A DNA stretch of 64,000 nucleotides from Pachysolen tannophilus NRRL Y-2460 (lineage: Eukaryota). A model generated the notes under the pieces. That model did not search any database and was not told the origin of the DNA. It saw only the letters and a list, made by a program, of their open reading frames with translations. Made by a program: the position numbers and the translations under genes. The stretch's first letter is position 1. Each line of letters starts with the position of its first letter. The stretch spans positions 760,954 to 824,953 of the forward strand of contig KV454014.1 in assembly GCA_001661245.1 (NCBI GenBank), written 5' to 3'. Shown in pieces: positions 1-9,769 of this stretch.

Positions 1-119
1 GAACTATAAAAAAAAAAAAAAAAAGAAAAAAGAAAGAAATGAAGAAAGAAAAAAAGACAAGATAATGTAAGCAATTAAAAAAGTTAAATTTAAAATTGCG
101 TAATTAAATGACTTTCTCT

Positions 120-2207
120 CTATTTATTCATAAGGGTTTCAACACCAATACATATACAATCTTTCTTGATTCTTACGATACCATTATCATCAACATAGAA
201 TGGATTAATATTAGAATAACCTCCAAAACTAATTGGTGATGGACCCCATGTTGGAATAAAGCAAATTTCATTCCAACCACAAGTCTTTGAACATTGGTAA
301 TAATCAGCCCAATTCAAATCTTCTAAAAATTGGGATAATTCTTTAGAAACAGAAACAATTTGTTCATGAAGGCTTGCCGAAAGTAATTTATTTTGTCTTT
401 CAGAATCATCATATTTTGGAAGGTATTCAATATCTAATAAATTTTTTGCTAAATCAAAACAAGTTTGTAATTGGGTTATTATCTTTGATTGAACATTTGA
501 GATTGCAACCCAAATTAAGAAATCAGCATCCGTCTTTAAAGTGGTATCATATGGATGAACATAATCCCATAACATCATCTTGAACATATCATTTTTCTGT
601 TCTGTGGAATCAAAATCAAAATGCAGATCTGTATATCTTCTTAATACGTTATAAGTATATGCTGTTGTATTTTTAGCAAGCCTATCAATAATTTGTAATT
701 GATGTTTAACCGAAGACTCATCAGATAATTCAACTGGTTGATAATCCAGTAAATAAGTTTTCATTGTATTGTTTAAAGTTAATAATATTGGTGCAAATTT
801 ACCAACAATAAGATCTGTAACTTCTTGCCAATTTGTTGAAAAAGTTGGATCAAAACCAGGACCTGTTAATAAATCATCAAGTTCAGAAAATATAGTTGAT
901 TTGACATCAGATGTTGCATTCAAGATACGTCTTTGATAAGTATCTGGTGATAAATAAGTTTTATTTAAAAAAGTCACAAATTTAGAATAATCAACTTGAA
1001 TACGTGGATCTCCATCATAAACACGAGCACCTGCTTGATAATGTTCATAGGCTACGGCACCTTGATAAATATCAATTACAGCAGTTCTATTTTTGACCAA
1101 ATTGTCCTCACTAGTTGATTCAACAACTTTAGTATCAATTAATTCTCTAGTTTCTAATCTTTTTGTTTGTGATTTTTCTTCTTCTTCTGCTTCTTCTTCT
1201 GTTAAAGCAGGTTCTTCAGGGAATCCAATATATTGAGTAACATTTGTCATTGTTGTATTTTTAATCAATTTAACTTTATCAAAGAAATCACAAATGATGA
1301 TTTCAAAACCAATTTCTAATCTTATAACACCATCTAATTTTCTTCCATTAGAATTACCCCATTCACAAACATCTTCTGCAATGTTACCATCTCCATGACC
1401 AGTGCCATCCGTACTGTTTTTATTTCCCAGTTCCACCATTATCATTTGGGTATCCATTTCACCTGTACTTGTCTTTGCAGCAGAAGCACCACCTAAATAG
1501 ATTAATTTATCTAAAGGTTGAGTAACTTCAAAAACTAATAATGAAGGTAAGTTACCACCAAACATACCACCATGTTTTCCACCACCTGGTCCACCACCAC
1601 CTGGAGGACTGCCTCCATTATTGCCGCCATTACCAAAATTTGCCTTTCCTGTTCTAGTTATGGTAACACCAGTTTCACCTTCTTTATCAGCATTTGAAGT
1701 TGAAGTTGTAGTATCAGTACTAGTGGTAGATCCAGGTTTTTTATGGAAACCTGGATGATGTCCACGACCTCCTCCTCTATTAAAACCTCTAAAATCGTAA
1801 CTAAATTCCCAATCCATTGCAACCCACTCTGGTCCATCAGGAACTAATCCATCACCATTTGCATGATATAATAACGTACCACTTGGAATATAAGCTGGGA
1901 AAAAACTTACACTAATAGGATTAATATCAGCATTTTTCTGTTTAACAGCATTATAAACTTCATTAAATATAGCTGATGAATTTAAAAAATCTAATTGTGC
2001 TGAATTTAAATATGTTTGAAAAGTATCAACTGAAAAATCAGTATATTTGGGATCTGGTACAGAAACTTTACTACCACCAAAAGATGAAATATAACCAGCA
2101 TAACCAATTAAAGAAGCAATAACTACAATTAAAACATATCTAATTGCCCTCTTAATAGAAAATGAATCCTTTGGATCTGTCTCCAGCAAGCTCGAATATT
2201 GAAACAT
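120..2207 (-). CDS. Conserved uncharacterized fungal protein, predicted N-terminal membrane anchor and Cys-rich C-terminus
   Basis: Long ORF, first ATG at 2207; hydrophobic segment YVLIVVIASLIGYAGYI; motifs IPSGTLLYH, GPEWVAM, YLGGASAAK, GVIRLEIGFEIIICDF, C-x3-C-x5-C-FIPTW recall an uncharacterized fungal family. Confidence 0.75.
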   Translation of the reverse strand: MFQYSSLLETDPKDSFSIKRAIRYVLIVVIASLIGYAGYISSFGGSKVSVPDPKYTDFSVDTFQTYLNSAQLDFLNSSAIFNEVYNAVKQKNADINPISVSFFPAYIPSGTLLYHANGDGLVPDGPEWVAMDWEFSYDFRGFNRGGGRGHHPGFHKKPGSTTSTDTTTSTSNADKEGETGVTITRTGKANFGNGGNNGGSPPGGGGPGGGKHGGMFGGNLPSLLVFEVTQPLDKLIYLGGASAAKTSTGEMDTQMIMVELGNKNSTDGTGHGDGNIAEDVCEWGNSNGRKLDGVIRLEIGFEIIICDFFDKVKLIKNTTMTNVTQYIGFPEEPALTEEEAEEEEKSQTKRLETRELIDTKVVESTSEDNLVKNRTAVIDIYQGAVAYEHYQAGARVYDGDPRIQVDYSKFVTFLNKTYLSPDTYQRRILNATSDVKSTIFSELDDLLTGPGFDPTFSTNWQEVTDLIVGKFAPILLTLNNTMKTYLLDYQPVELSDESSVKHQLQIIDRLAKNTTAYTYNVLRRYTDLHFDFDSTEQKNDMFKMMLWDYVHPYDTTLKTDADFLIWVAISNVQSKIITQLQTCFDLAKNLLDIEYLPKYDDSERQNKLLSASLHEQIVSVSKELSQFLEDLNWADYYQCSKTCGWNEICFIPTWGPSPISFGGYSNINPFYVDDNGIVRIKKDCICIGVETLMNK

Positions 2208-2564
2208 AATCAAACCTTGTTCTTTTTCTTTTTAATACATATATATGTATATATTATTATATATCCACCTTTTTATCCACCTCCTTATTCAATACATAAT
2301 AATAATAATAATACTATTTTTATTAAAAAATTGAAATTTTAAATAAAAGCATACTTTGACAACCTTTTTATACAGAAAGCCTTAGATCTTTAAGATACGC
2401 AGCAAAAAAAATTAAAAAAATAAAAAAAACTCCCCACCCCCTGTCCACCGGACTTATTTTCATTTCACACCAAAAAACAATAGAAAAACACATACTAACC
2501 GGATTCCGGAAAAGAAGTTAAACCAAATAATCTCTAACAAAAAAAAAAAAAATTACAGAAACCG

Positions 2565-2898
2565 NNNNNNNNNNNNNNNNNNNNNNNNNNNNNNNNNNNN
2601 NNNNNNNNNNNNNNNNNNNNNNNNNNNNNNNNNNNNNNNNNNNNNNNNNNNNNNNNNNNNNNNNNNNNNNNNNNNNNNNNNNNNNNNNNNNNNNNNNNNN
2701 NNNNNNNNNNNNNNNNNNNNNNNNNNNNNNNNNNNNNNNNNNNNNNNNNNNNNNNNNNNNNNNNNNNNNNNNNNNNNNNNNNNNNNNNNNNNNNNNNNNN
2801 NNNNNNNNNNNNNNNNNNNNNNNNNNNNNNNNNNNNNNNNNNNNNNNNNNNNNNNNNNNNNNNNNNNNNNNNNNNNNNNNNNNNNNNNNNNNNNNNNN
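2565..2898. other. Assembly gap (N run)
   Basis: Run of N. Confidence 1.
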
Positions 2899-3400
2899 TT
2901 TTCGGTTTTCTGAATTTTTTTGCTTAGCTATTAATTAACTGTAGCAGCTCTGAGTGATGACACCAATTTAATTAAATTAACTTGCAGAATGGGCTATGGG
3001 TGGCGGCGGTAATAAAGAGAATTATCATGATAAAGGAACAGCAGTGAAACAAAAAAAAAAAGACAATGAATTACTACTTTTGTTACTTTCTATCAGACAT
3101 GAAAGCAGTATAGTAGTGATAAGTGTTGTAAATAAATAGTCTTTATCTATATATGAGATATGAATTAATGTTATCTATTATTTATTACGTAGTTTTTTTT
3201 TGGCCGCGAAAAGGGTAATAACAGTAAAAATTTACTAAAATGTTTTATTTATTATTATAATATTAAGATTTAAGTACTATTTACTTCTCACACCCTTAAT
3301 AAGATTAAACAACTAATTGACTAAATAAAGAAATAAAATTTTAATATTATACTTGAAATAGGTAAAAAAATGCATTATCGTACATTTATTTCAAATTGGG

Positions 3401-3446
<46 letters not shown>

Positions 3447-3452
3447 CATTTT

Positions 3453-4568
3453 TTAAGTTATTTTATGACACCATTCATGATTAGTAGTGTTGCCCCACAT
3501 GATTTCGGATAAATTATCAAATAAATATTTAGAAATTTCTCCCCATTGATTATTTATCTTTGTTGGAATTTTTATATCATTACCCTTTGGGGGTCTTATT
3601 AAACCAATTGGTGAAATGAAAAAATAAGTACCACAAGCAAAAGCTTCTAATAATCTATTTTCTTTTGAAGCTTTTATTAAATCATCAATTGTAAATTCTT
3701 TTTCAACAATTTTTTCACCTTTTAAATTTAATAATTGTATAACTGATTTTCTTGTAATACCAGGTAAAATTAAATTTGAACTCAACGGGCACGTGACCAC
3801 CTCTTTAATACCATCATCATTAATCCATGATATAAATAAATTAGAACCACCAGTTTCAGTTACTATATTATTTTCACCAAATAACCAAAGAGTTAAATCA
3901 AACCCTTTTTCAATGCATGTAGCTTCTGCAACAGCTGTTGGACCATAATTTGCACCTAATTTTGTATTACCAAAACCTCCTGGCCAAGCTCTAACATGTG
4001 ATTTAGAATCATTTGAATATAATTTTAATGGTGTAAAATTATCATAATTTAAAGCAGATTTGGATTGTGCTGCAATAATATATAATCTTGAACGTTTTGG
4101 ACCTTTTAAACCAAAACAATTATTAATACCTATATGATTTGGTCTTACATAAACATGACCATTAATTGGTATAAATTTTGAATCAATTTCTAACCATTTA
4201 TCCATGATTTTAATAACTTCTTCTCCATTGAAATTTGGTAACAGAATTCTAGTTGATGAATTATTTAACCTATTCATGTTCTCTGTTGGTCTAAATGTCC
4301 TAATACTTTTACCATCTTTTGATTTATAAGCTTTCATACCTTCAAAACATTCAATTGCATAATGTAAAACAGATGCGGCTGGATCCAATTTAAAATCTTC
4401 AGTTGGAATAATTTCTGGATCATGCCAACCAAAATCACTATCATAATCAATCACAACCATATGATCAGAAATAGAACCTAATGGTAACTCATTGGGATCA
4501 TTAAATTTAGTAGGATTAATTTTTTTAGTAATTTTCAACTTTGAAAAATCTATTTCTGCTAAAGTCAT
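3453..4568 (-). CDS. Branched-chain amino acid aminotransferase family protein (PLP fold IV), divergent paralog
   Basis: LHYAIECFEGMKAY, FRPTENMNRL, RAWPGGFGNTKLGANYGPT (PLP Lys), ILPGITRKS, LLEAFACGT. Confidence 0.92.
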   Translation of the reverse strand: MTLAEIDFSKLKITKKINPTKFNDPNELPLGSISDHMVVIDYDSDFGWHDPEIIPTEDFKLDPAASVLHYAIECFEGMKAYKSKDGKSIRTFRPTENMNRLNNSSTRILLPNFNGEEVIKIMDKWLEIDSKFIPINGHVYVRPNHIGINNCFGLKGPKRSRLYIIAAQSKSALNYDNFTPLKLYSNDSKSHVRAWPGGFGNTKLGANYGPTAVAEATCIEKGFDLTLWLFGENNIVTETGGSNLFISWINDDGIKEVVTCPLSSNLILPGITRKSVIQLLNLKGEKIVEKEFTIDDLIKASKENRLLEAFACGTYFFISPIGLIRPPKGNDIKIPTKINNQWGEISKYLFDNLSEIMWGNTTNHEWCHKIT

Positions 4569-4667
4569 TTTATCTCTAGGCTTTTATAACTAATTATTTT
4601 GAAAAAATAAATTAAAATAAAACAAGAAAAATCAATTCAACTCAAGTCAAGACAATAAAAAGGCCTT

Positions 4668-5069
4668 CTTATATAACAATTTTTAAAACTATTATTACTC
4701 ATCAAAAAAATTATAATAAACCTTTAAAGGTAACTAACGCCTTTTCTTTTCCTTCCGTAGAGTCATAAGGCAAAACAAGGTAATCCGCGGGTTGGCCTGA
4801 AACTTTTTACATTTTCTTTTTGAGGGGATTTTCAACCGCCAAGATAGCGCAGGAAAATGGAAGGGAAAAGATAAGGGAAAAAATATTTTTTTTTGCTGGC
4901 CGCTGGCAAGCACGCGGACAAAAAGTGAACATGTGGGTCAGTGAGTCAGTGAGCCGAACCAGTGGGCCAGAACCTGAGCCTGAGCCTGAGCTTGAGCGTG
5001 AACTTCAACTTCGGCTCGGGCTTGAACTTCGGCTTGAGCTTGAACTTGCACTTAGGCGGCCCCCGCGGA
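4668..5069 (-). promoter_or_regulatory. Upstream regulatory region of the BCAT gene: TATA-like element, Gcn4/AP-1 sites, two inverted TCCGCGGG motifs
   Basis: TATATAAG (minus) near 4668-4675; ATGACTC (minus) 4760-4766; perfect TGAGTCA 4942-4948; TCCGCGGG at 4784-4791 (+) and 5062-5069 (-). Confidence 0.5.
4970..5050. repeat. Degenerate 6-bp tandem repeat (TGAGCC/TGAGCT/TGAACT)
   Basis: gaacctgagcctgagcctgagcttgagcgtgaacttcaacttcggctcgggcttgaacttcggcttgagcttgaactt. Confidence 0.8.
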
Positions 5070-5147
5070 CTACAATACTAAACTGAACAAAACAACAATT
5101 ATTCAAACTGTTTATTCATATATATATATATATATACATTTACCCAT

Positions 5148-6029
5148 CTATTTTCTATTTCCCATGACTCTATTGCCTCCTTTTTGTCTTGACGCACCTG
5201 TAGGTACCCAATTTCCTGTTTCCCTTTGATTATTGAGATCTCCACCAATTCCATTTTTGAATAATTGTTGTTGCTGCTGTTGCAGTTGTTGTTGCAGTTG
5301 TTGTAATTGTTGTAATTGTTGTTGTTGCAGTTGTTGTAATTGTTGCAATTGTTGTTGTTGTTGGAACTGACCATTAGTAGTAAATGAGTTTGCTACATTA
5401 TAATTAATTCCTTGTGCTTTGGCAGCAAGCAATCTTTCAACTTTGTCACCGTGTCTTTCACCATGTTTACCATCTTTTTTCAATGCATAACTTATCTTAC
5501 ACTGTCTATTCATTAAATATTGATTATTCATTTCTTTCATAGCATGATCAGATGAATCAAAATTGTTAAAATATAAAAAACCATAACCTTTTGATGCACC
5601 AGTTTCTTCATCTCTAACTATCACTGGAGGCTTCAGAAATTTACCAAAAGTTTTAAATGTCTCATATAAAAATTTTTCATCAACTAAATTGTCCAAATTA
5701 CCAATATATAATGTAGCACCAAGATCAAGTTCTTTTTGATTTTCCAGTATAACTCTTTTAACCCTTATAGGTCTTCCAAAAAGTTGAATCCCATTCATAA
5801 GACGCTCAGCATATTCAACATCCTTTTCAGTTCTAAATTCTACAAACCCATACCCTTGATATGTATTTAAAACTCTATCTTTGGGCATCTTTAAAAAAAC
5901 AACTGGCGCCGCTTGTAACATCAATTCATATAATATACTCTCTGTTACCTCAGGCGTTAAATTCCCCACATATACTGTAGCATCTTGGTTTCTTTCAGTA
6001 TCTAATGGCCTTTTAGGATTATAACTCAT
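5148..6029 (-). CDS. HSH49: U2 snRNP SF3b subunit (SF3B4/Hsh49), two RRMs plus Q-rich tail
   Basis: ERNQDATVYVGNL, YQGYGFVEF, GATLYIGNLD, SKGYGF, SYALKKDGKHGERHGDKVERLLAA. Confidence 0.95.
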   Translation of the reverse strand: MSYNPKRPLDTERNQDATVYVGNLTPEVTESILYELMLQAAPVVFLKMPKDRVLNTYQGYGFVEFRTEKDVEYAERLMNGIQLFGRPIRVKRVILENQKELDLGATLYIGNLDNLVDEKFLYETFKTFGKFLKPPVIVRDEETGASKGYGFLYFNNFDSSDHAMKEMNNQYLMNRQCKISYALKKDGKHGERHGDKVERLLAAKAQGINYNVANSFTTNGQFQQQQQLQQLQQLQQQQLQQLQQLQQQLQQQQQQLFKNGIGGDLNNQRETGNWVPTGASRQKGGNRVMGNRK

Positions 6030-6139
6030 ATCCTTCTATCTTTCTTTTTTTTTCTTTCTTTATTGATCTCACCAATTACTCACTCTATCGTTAATACGGT
6101 TTTATTCCTATAAAATTATCAAAGTTTTTATCTTTTCTT

Positions 6140-6179
6140 TTACCCTGCAGAGAGAAGGTGAAAATTTCTGAAAAATTTT
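6140..6179 (+). promoter_or_regulatory. RRPE element and Reb1-like site between HSH49 and the snoRNA
   Basis: TGAAAAATTTT at 6169-6179; TTACCC at 6140-6145; pyrimidine tract about 6220-6258. Confidence 0.45.
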
Positions 6180-6264
6180 TTTCACCCAAAACCCATTGAA
6201 AAGAAGACTTTTAATAAGTTTCTTCTTTCTCTTTCTTTCTTTCTTTTTTTTTCTCTCTATATTT

Positions 6265-6554
6265 GATACCATTCAGGACTTAATCTAGATGGATCTAGGA
6301 GATTTTTGGTTACGTTCTGTAACTGTATCTCTTGGATTTGTCGTTTTTTATATTCTTAATTGCCTTTATATACAAATACAAGAAATTGTTTTTGGTTTCT
6401 TTTGGATTAAGAAGTTTTTTCTTTTTCCATTGAAATTTTTCTATAGTTATTAAGATTGAATAGAATTAAGATCCAAGATAAAAAATCCCAAACCCGGTTT
6501 ATCGCTTGGTAGTTCTTTTAAATAACTGTGAAGCTTCATGCCCGGGTTATATTT
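6265..6554 (+). ncRNA. Box H/ACA snoRNA, predicted guide for 25S rRNA Psi2314 (snR86-like); 5' end uncertain
   Basis: 3' hairpin AACCCGG (6491-6497) / CCGGGTT (6542-6548), upper stem GCTT/AAGC, pocket strands GTTTATC and TTCATGC complementary to rRNA GCAUGAA-UG-GAUUAAC, AUA box at 6549-6551 14 nt from the pocket; ANANNA H box near 6476-6484 after a TCTTGGAT/ATCCAAGA stem. Confidence 0.75.
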
Positions 6555-6631
6555 ATTTATATTTATACATGTTTATCTATATACAGCTGTATCATTATTA
6601 TCATCATTGTCATCATCATCATCATCCTCTA

Positions 6632-8536
6632 TTATAATTTTTTAATAATTGCGCTATTCTTTAAATCGAAATTATAATTATATTTCCCACCAAGAGCTAA
6701 TTTGTTTTTCTTGTCTTTTTTTTTGAAATGATTTGTCTTGGTATTATCGATTTGGTTTTCAAAGATATTTCCAACGATATCTTCAAAATTGCCCTGAATA
6801 TAGTTGTAATTTAACAACTGTTGATAATTTGTAAATTGCAAATCACTTATTTCTTGTGTCTTACTATCATGATCTTTTAAATAAGTTTTCAAAAAAATTA
6901 TTAATGTGTTAGGGTTCTCATAATTGCCTTCTTTATCTTCAATTAATAAAGCTCTTAAGATTTGTAAAATTTTGGGAGAAAAATTTCTAAATTTTTTCAA
7001 ATATTCAATCAAATAAAAATCTAATAAAACAAAATTATCCATACCATTACTGTAAATTGAGGATTTTATTAAATGATAATAATCTAAAGAGTCCAATTGG
7101 ATTTTTTGTAATAGCAATTTTTTATAAAACAAAAATGAATAAATCTTAGAACTATTAGACCTGGAAATTGAATGCAAAATAATCTTGAAATTGTTATAAA
7201 TTAATTCCTTTAAATCATTCTCGATTAAATAGTCAATAATGATATTTAAACCAGTTAAATTTGTATCATCATGAGTTTTTTTCAAAATAGTATACATGAT
7301 AATTTCAAGAGCCTCTTGTTCATAAACATTTTTCACATTGTCGAATTTTTTCAAAATATCATTTATCCTTGCATTACTATTCAATTCCAAATACTTTAAT
7401 GAAAGATTTTCAAAATCTAATGGGTTTAAAATAATCTTGTTATTTTTATTCTTCTTTGATTCGACAATAAATTTATTTAATAGTGACCAAGAATATTCAA
7501 CGTCACCAGTTTCAACTAAATAACTCTCCAAAATGGTTGATATTTGTACCGAATTTAATTCTTGCTCGAAATTTTTATTTATTAGTTCTATCAATTCAAT
7601 TGTGCTGTTAATGTCCGCATTCATGGAAAATATTGTAGCTACTCTATTTAAAATAGATAAAGATACTGAATTGATATTTTCAACCAAATATTTCTCAAAA
7701 CAGTACGATACCAATTCGTAATTTTGATTTATAGCTGAATCATTAACAATTTTAAGCATCAAATGAGGTTCAATAATATTCATACTGTTGTTATTTTCCA
7801 ACAACTTTAGCAATTTCAAAGTATACTCATAATCTTGTCTTTTTAACGAATATAAAACTATGTTTGAAATTTTTGTATTGTTCAAAACACTTGGATCCAA
7901 ATCTACCATTTGATTGAACTTATCAACCAACCTTTCATATTGATTTGAATCTATCAAATATTGAATTTCAAAGAAACTAGAATCAATTTTGGCATCTTTT
8001 AAAAATTTTTGGAACCTTAACTCCAAAGTTAAATTTTTAGAACTTGAAACAATTTTCTCCAAATAATTTATATTAAATTGATTAACTTTATACCCCTTAT
8101 CTCTTATCAAATAATCCAATAAATCCAATGCGTAATCAGCTAAGTAGAAAACATCTCCTCTATTTCTGATTTCACTATTTATTAATAAAAAAATTGATCT
8201 AAATATCTCCAGGTAAATATATACTGGTGGGTCTTTGTTCAAATACGATAATTTATTCAATAAACTGTAAAAATTCTTGAATTCCAAAGAATTGTTGAAA
8301 AGCCTGAGATGAGTTTTCAACTTATTCCAGTATTTATTCTCATCTGTTCCGTATAACTTTGATAAGCTTGAATATAATATCTGCACCTGATCTTCCTGGT
8401 CCTTCATATCTTCTAAGACACGGCTAGTCTTATTTATAGGACTCACCACATTTAAACCACTAAGAATTGAAGAGATGGGTGAGCTTCCACTTGAGCTAAA
8501 CCTTTTAAAGTTCAATCTGCCTAACAGTTTTATCAT
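6632..8536 (-). CDS. Probable mitochondrial helical-repeat (PPR-like) protein
   Basis: First ATG 8536 gives MIKLLGRLNFKRFSSS (basic presequence-like); helical repeat-like L/I/K/N pattern; no specific ortholog recognised. Confidence 0.55.
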   Translation of the reverse strand: MIKLLGRLNFKRFSSSGSSPISSILSGLNVVSPINKTSRVLEDMKDQEDQVQILYSSLSKLYGTDENKYWNKLKTHLRLFNNSLEFKNFYSLLNKLSYLNKDPPVYIYLEIFRSIFLLINSEIRNRGDVFYLADYALDLLDYLIRDKGYKVNQFNINYLEKIVSSSKNLTLELRFQKFLKDAKIDSSFFEIQYLIDSNQYERLVDKFNQMVDLDPSVLNNTKISNIVLYSLKRQDYEYTLKLLKLLENNNSMNIIEPHLMLKIVNDSAINQNYELVSYCFEKYLVENINSVSLSILNRVATIFSMNADINSTIELIELINKNFEQELNSVQISTILESYLVETGDVEYSWSLLNKFIVESKKNKNNKIILNPLDFENLSLKYLELNSNARINDILKKFDNVKNVYEQEALEIIMYTILKKTHDDTNLTGLNIIIDYLIENDLKELIYNNFKIILHSISRSNSSKIYSFLFYKKLLLQKIQLDSLDYYHLIKSSIYSNGMDNFVLLDFYLIEYLKKFRNFSPKILQILRALLIEDKEGNYENPNTLIIFLKTYLKDHDSKTQEISDLQFTNYQQLLNYNYIQGNFEDIVGNIFENQIDNTKTNHFKKKDKKNKLALGGKYNYNFDLKNSAIIKKL

Positions 8537-8664
8537 AATATCACCACCTATTTTCAATATAAATTTAAAATATTAATCATTTTTGTTCTTCTTTATAGTT
8601 TTTTTCAACTTTAAAAAAATTAAAAATACTAAAATAATCGCTTTTAATAAAATGACGAGTAGAC

Positions 8665-9654
8665 ATGATATTCAAGAGGTTTCAATCAAATGCAGTCCAA
8701 GTGTTTAATAGGTCAATTAAGTTGAGACAACGCCAAAGAGCTGCATTGGATCCAAGGTCTTCAGAGGTTGAATACTTAAGAAATTTGGTTGCAGATTTAA
8801 CAGTTGAAAGATTGAGTATAATAAACAGAAATTATACCAACTTTTTAGATTTTGGTTGCAATGGCGGAAATTTTTTGAAAAGTTTGTTATTATCTAATCC
8901 TAAGGATGCTGAGGTGAATGATTTAGTTCTTTCAAAGTTGAAGAATGTGTATTTGTTGGATAGTTGTCAGGAATTACTTTTTAAAAATAATTTTGATCAA
9001 GCAAGCTCCGCTGCTGGATTGAGCATTGAGAAAGTATTGGTTCAAGATGAAGAATCTTCTGATTTTCTTGCAAAACATCAGGATTACTTTGATGGGGTAA
9101 TATCTAATCTTTCCTTACATTGGGTTAATGATTTGCCCTCAGTTTTTAAGAAAATCAATGATTCTTTAAAACCTGATGGAATGTTTATGGGTTCTATATT
9201 CGCTCTAGATACTTTGTTTGAGTTGCGTTCTTCTTTTCAACTTTCTGAATTGGAACGTAAAAATGGGTTATCGCCTCATATATCACCGTTTGTACAGAGT
9301 AACGATATTTCAAATATTCTAAACAAGACGAATTTCCGATTGGTCACTTTGGATGTTGATGAAATAGTTGTTTCATATCCACGGTTAATTAATCTTATGG
9401 AAGATTTGAAGCTCATGGGAGAAAATAATTGCTTATCTTCTCTTGAAAGTATTTCCTTGAGCAAAGATATTTTGATAAGTACAGAAGCTATCTATAAAGA
9501 ATTGTATGGTAAGAAAGATGATAAAGTACCAGGTGGTGTACTGTTACCTGCAACTTTCAGAATTATCTTCTTCATTGGATGGAAAAATTCTGAAAACCAA
9601 CCCAAACCTTTGGAAAGAGGTAGCGCTAAAGTTACTTTGAAAGATGCTTTATGA
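8665..9654 (+). CDS. NDUFAF5: SAM-dependent methyltransferase-like complex I assembly factor (NDUFAF5 homolog)
   Basis: VFNRSIKLRQRQRAA, LDFGCNGG, SNLSLHWVNDLP, TLFELRSSFQLSELER, SPHISPF, PATFRIIFFIGWK, PKPLERGSA. Confidence 0.92.
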   Translation: MIFKRFQSNAVQVFNRSIKLRQRQRAALDPRSSEVEYLRNLVADLTVERLSIINRNYTNFLDFGCNGGNFLKSLLLSNPKDAEVNDLVLSKLKNVYLLDSCQELLFKNNFDQASSAAGLSIEKVLVQDEESSDFLAKHQDYFDGVISNLSLHWVNDLPSVFKKINDSLKPDGMFMGSIFALDTLFELRSSFQLSELERKNGLSPHISPFVQSNDISNILNKTNFRLVTLDVDEIVVSYPRLINLMEDLKLMGENNCLSSLESISLSKDILISTEAIYKELYGKKDDKVPGGVLLPATFRIIFFIGWKNSENQPKPLERGSAKVTLKDAL

Positions 9655-9769
9655 AGAAACAAAAAAAAAAAAGAAAAAGGTAATGTATATAGTACAATTA
9701 TTTATTCTATTTATTATATTTATTATATTTATTCTATTTATTATTAGTGAAAATCTATAAAATCCTTCT

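Noticed and set aside
2493..2499. TACTAAC branch-point match
   Set aside because: On the strand opposite the nearby genes, with no supporting exon structure
4820..5086. 88-aa ORF with PEPEPE/LELELE
   Set aside because: TTG start; product is just the translated hexamer repeat in the BCAT promoter
5099..5374. Asn-rich ORF overlapping the HSH49 3' end
   Set aside because: Shifted reading of the CAA repeat
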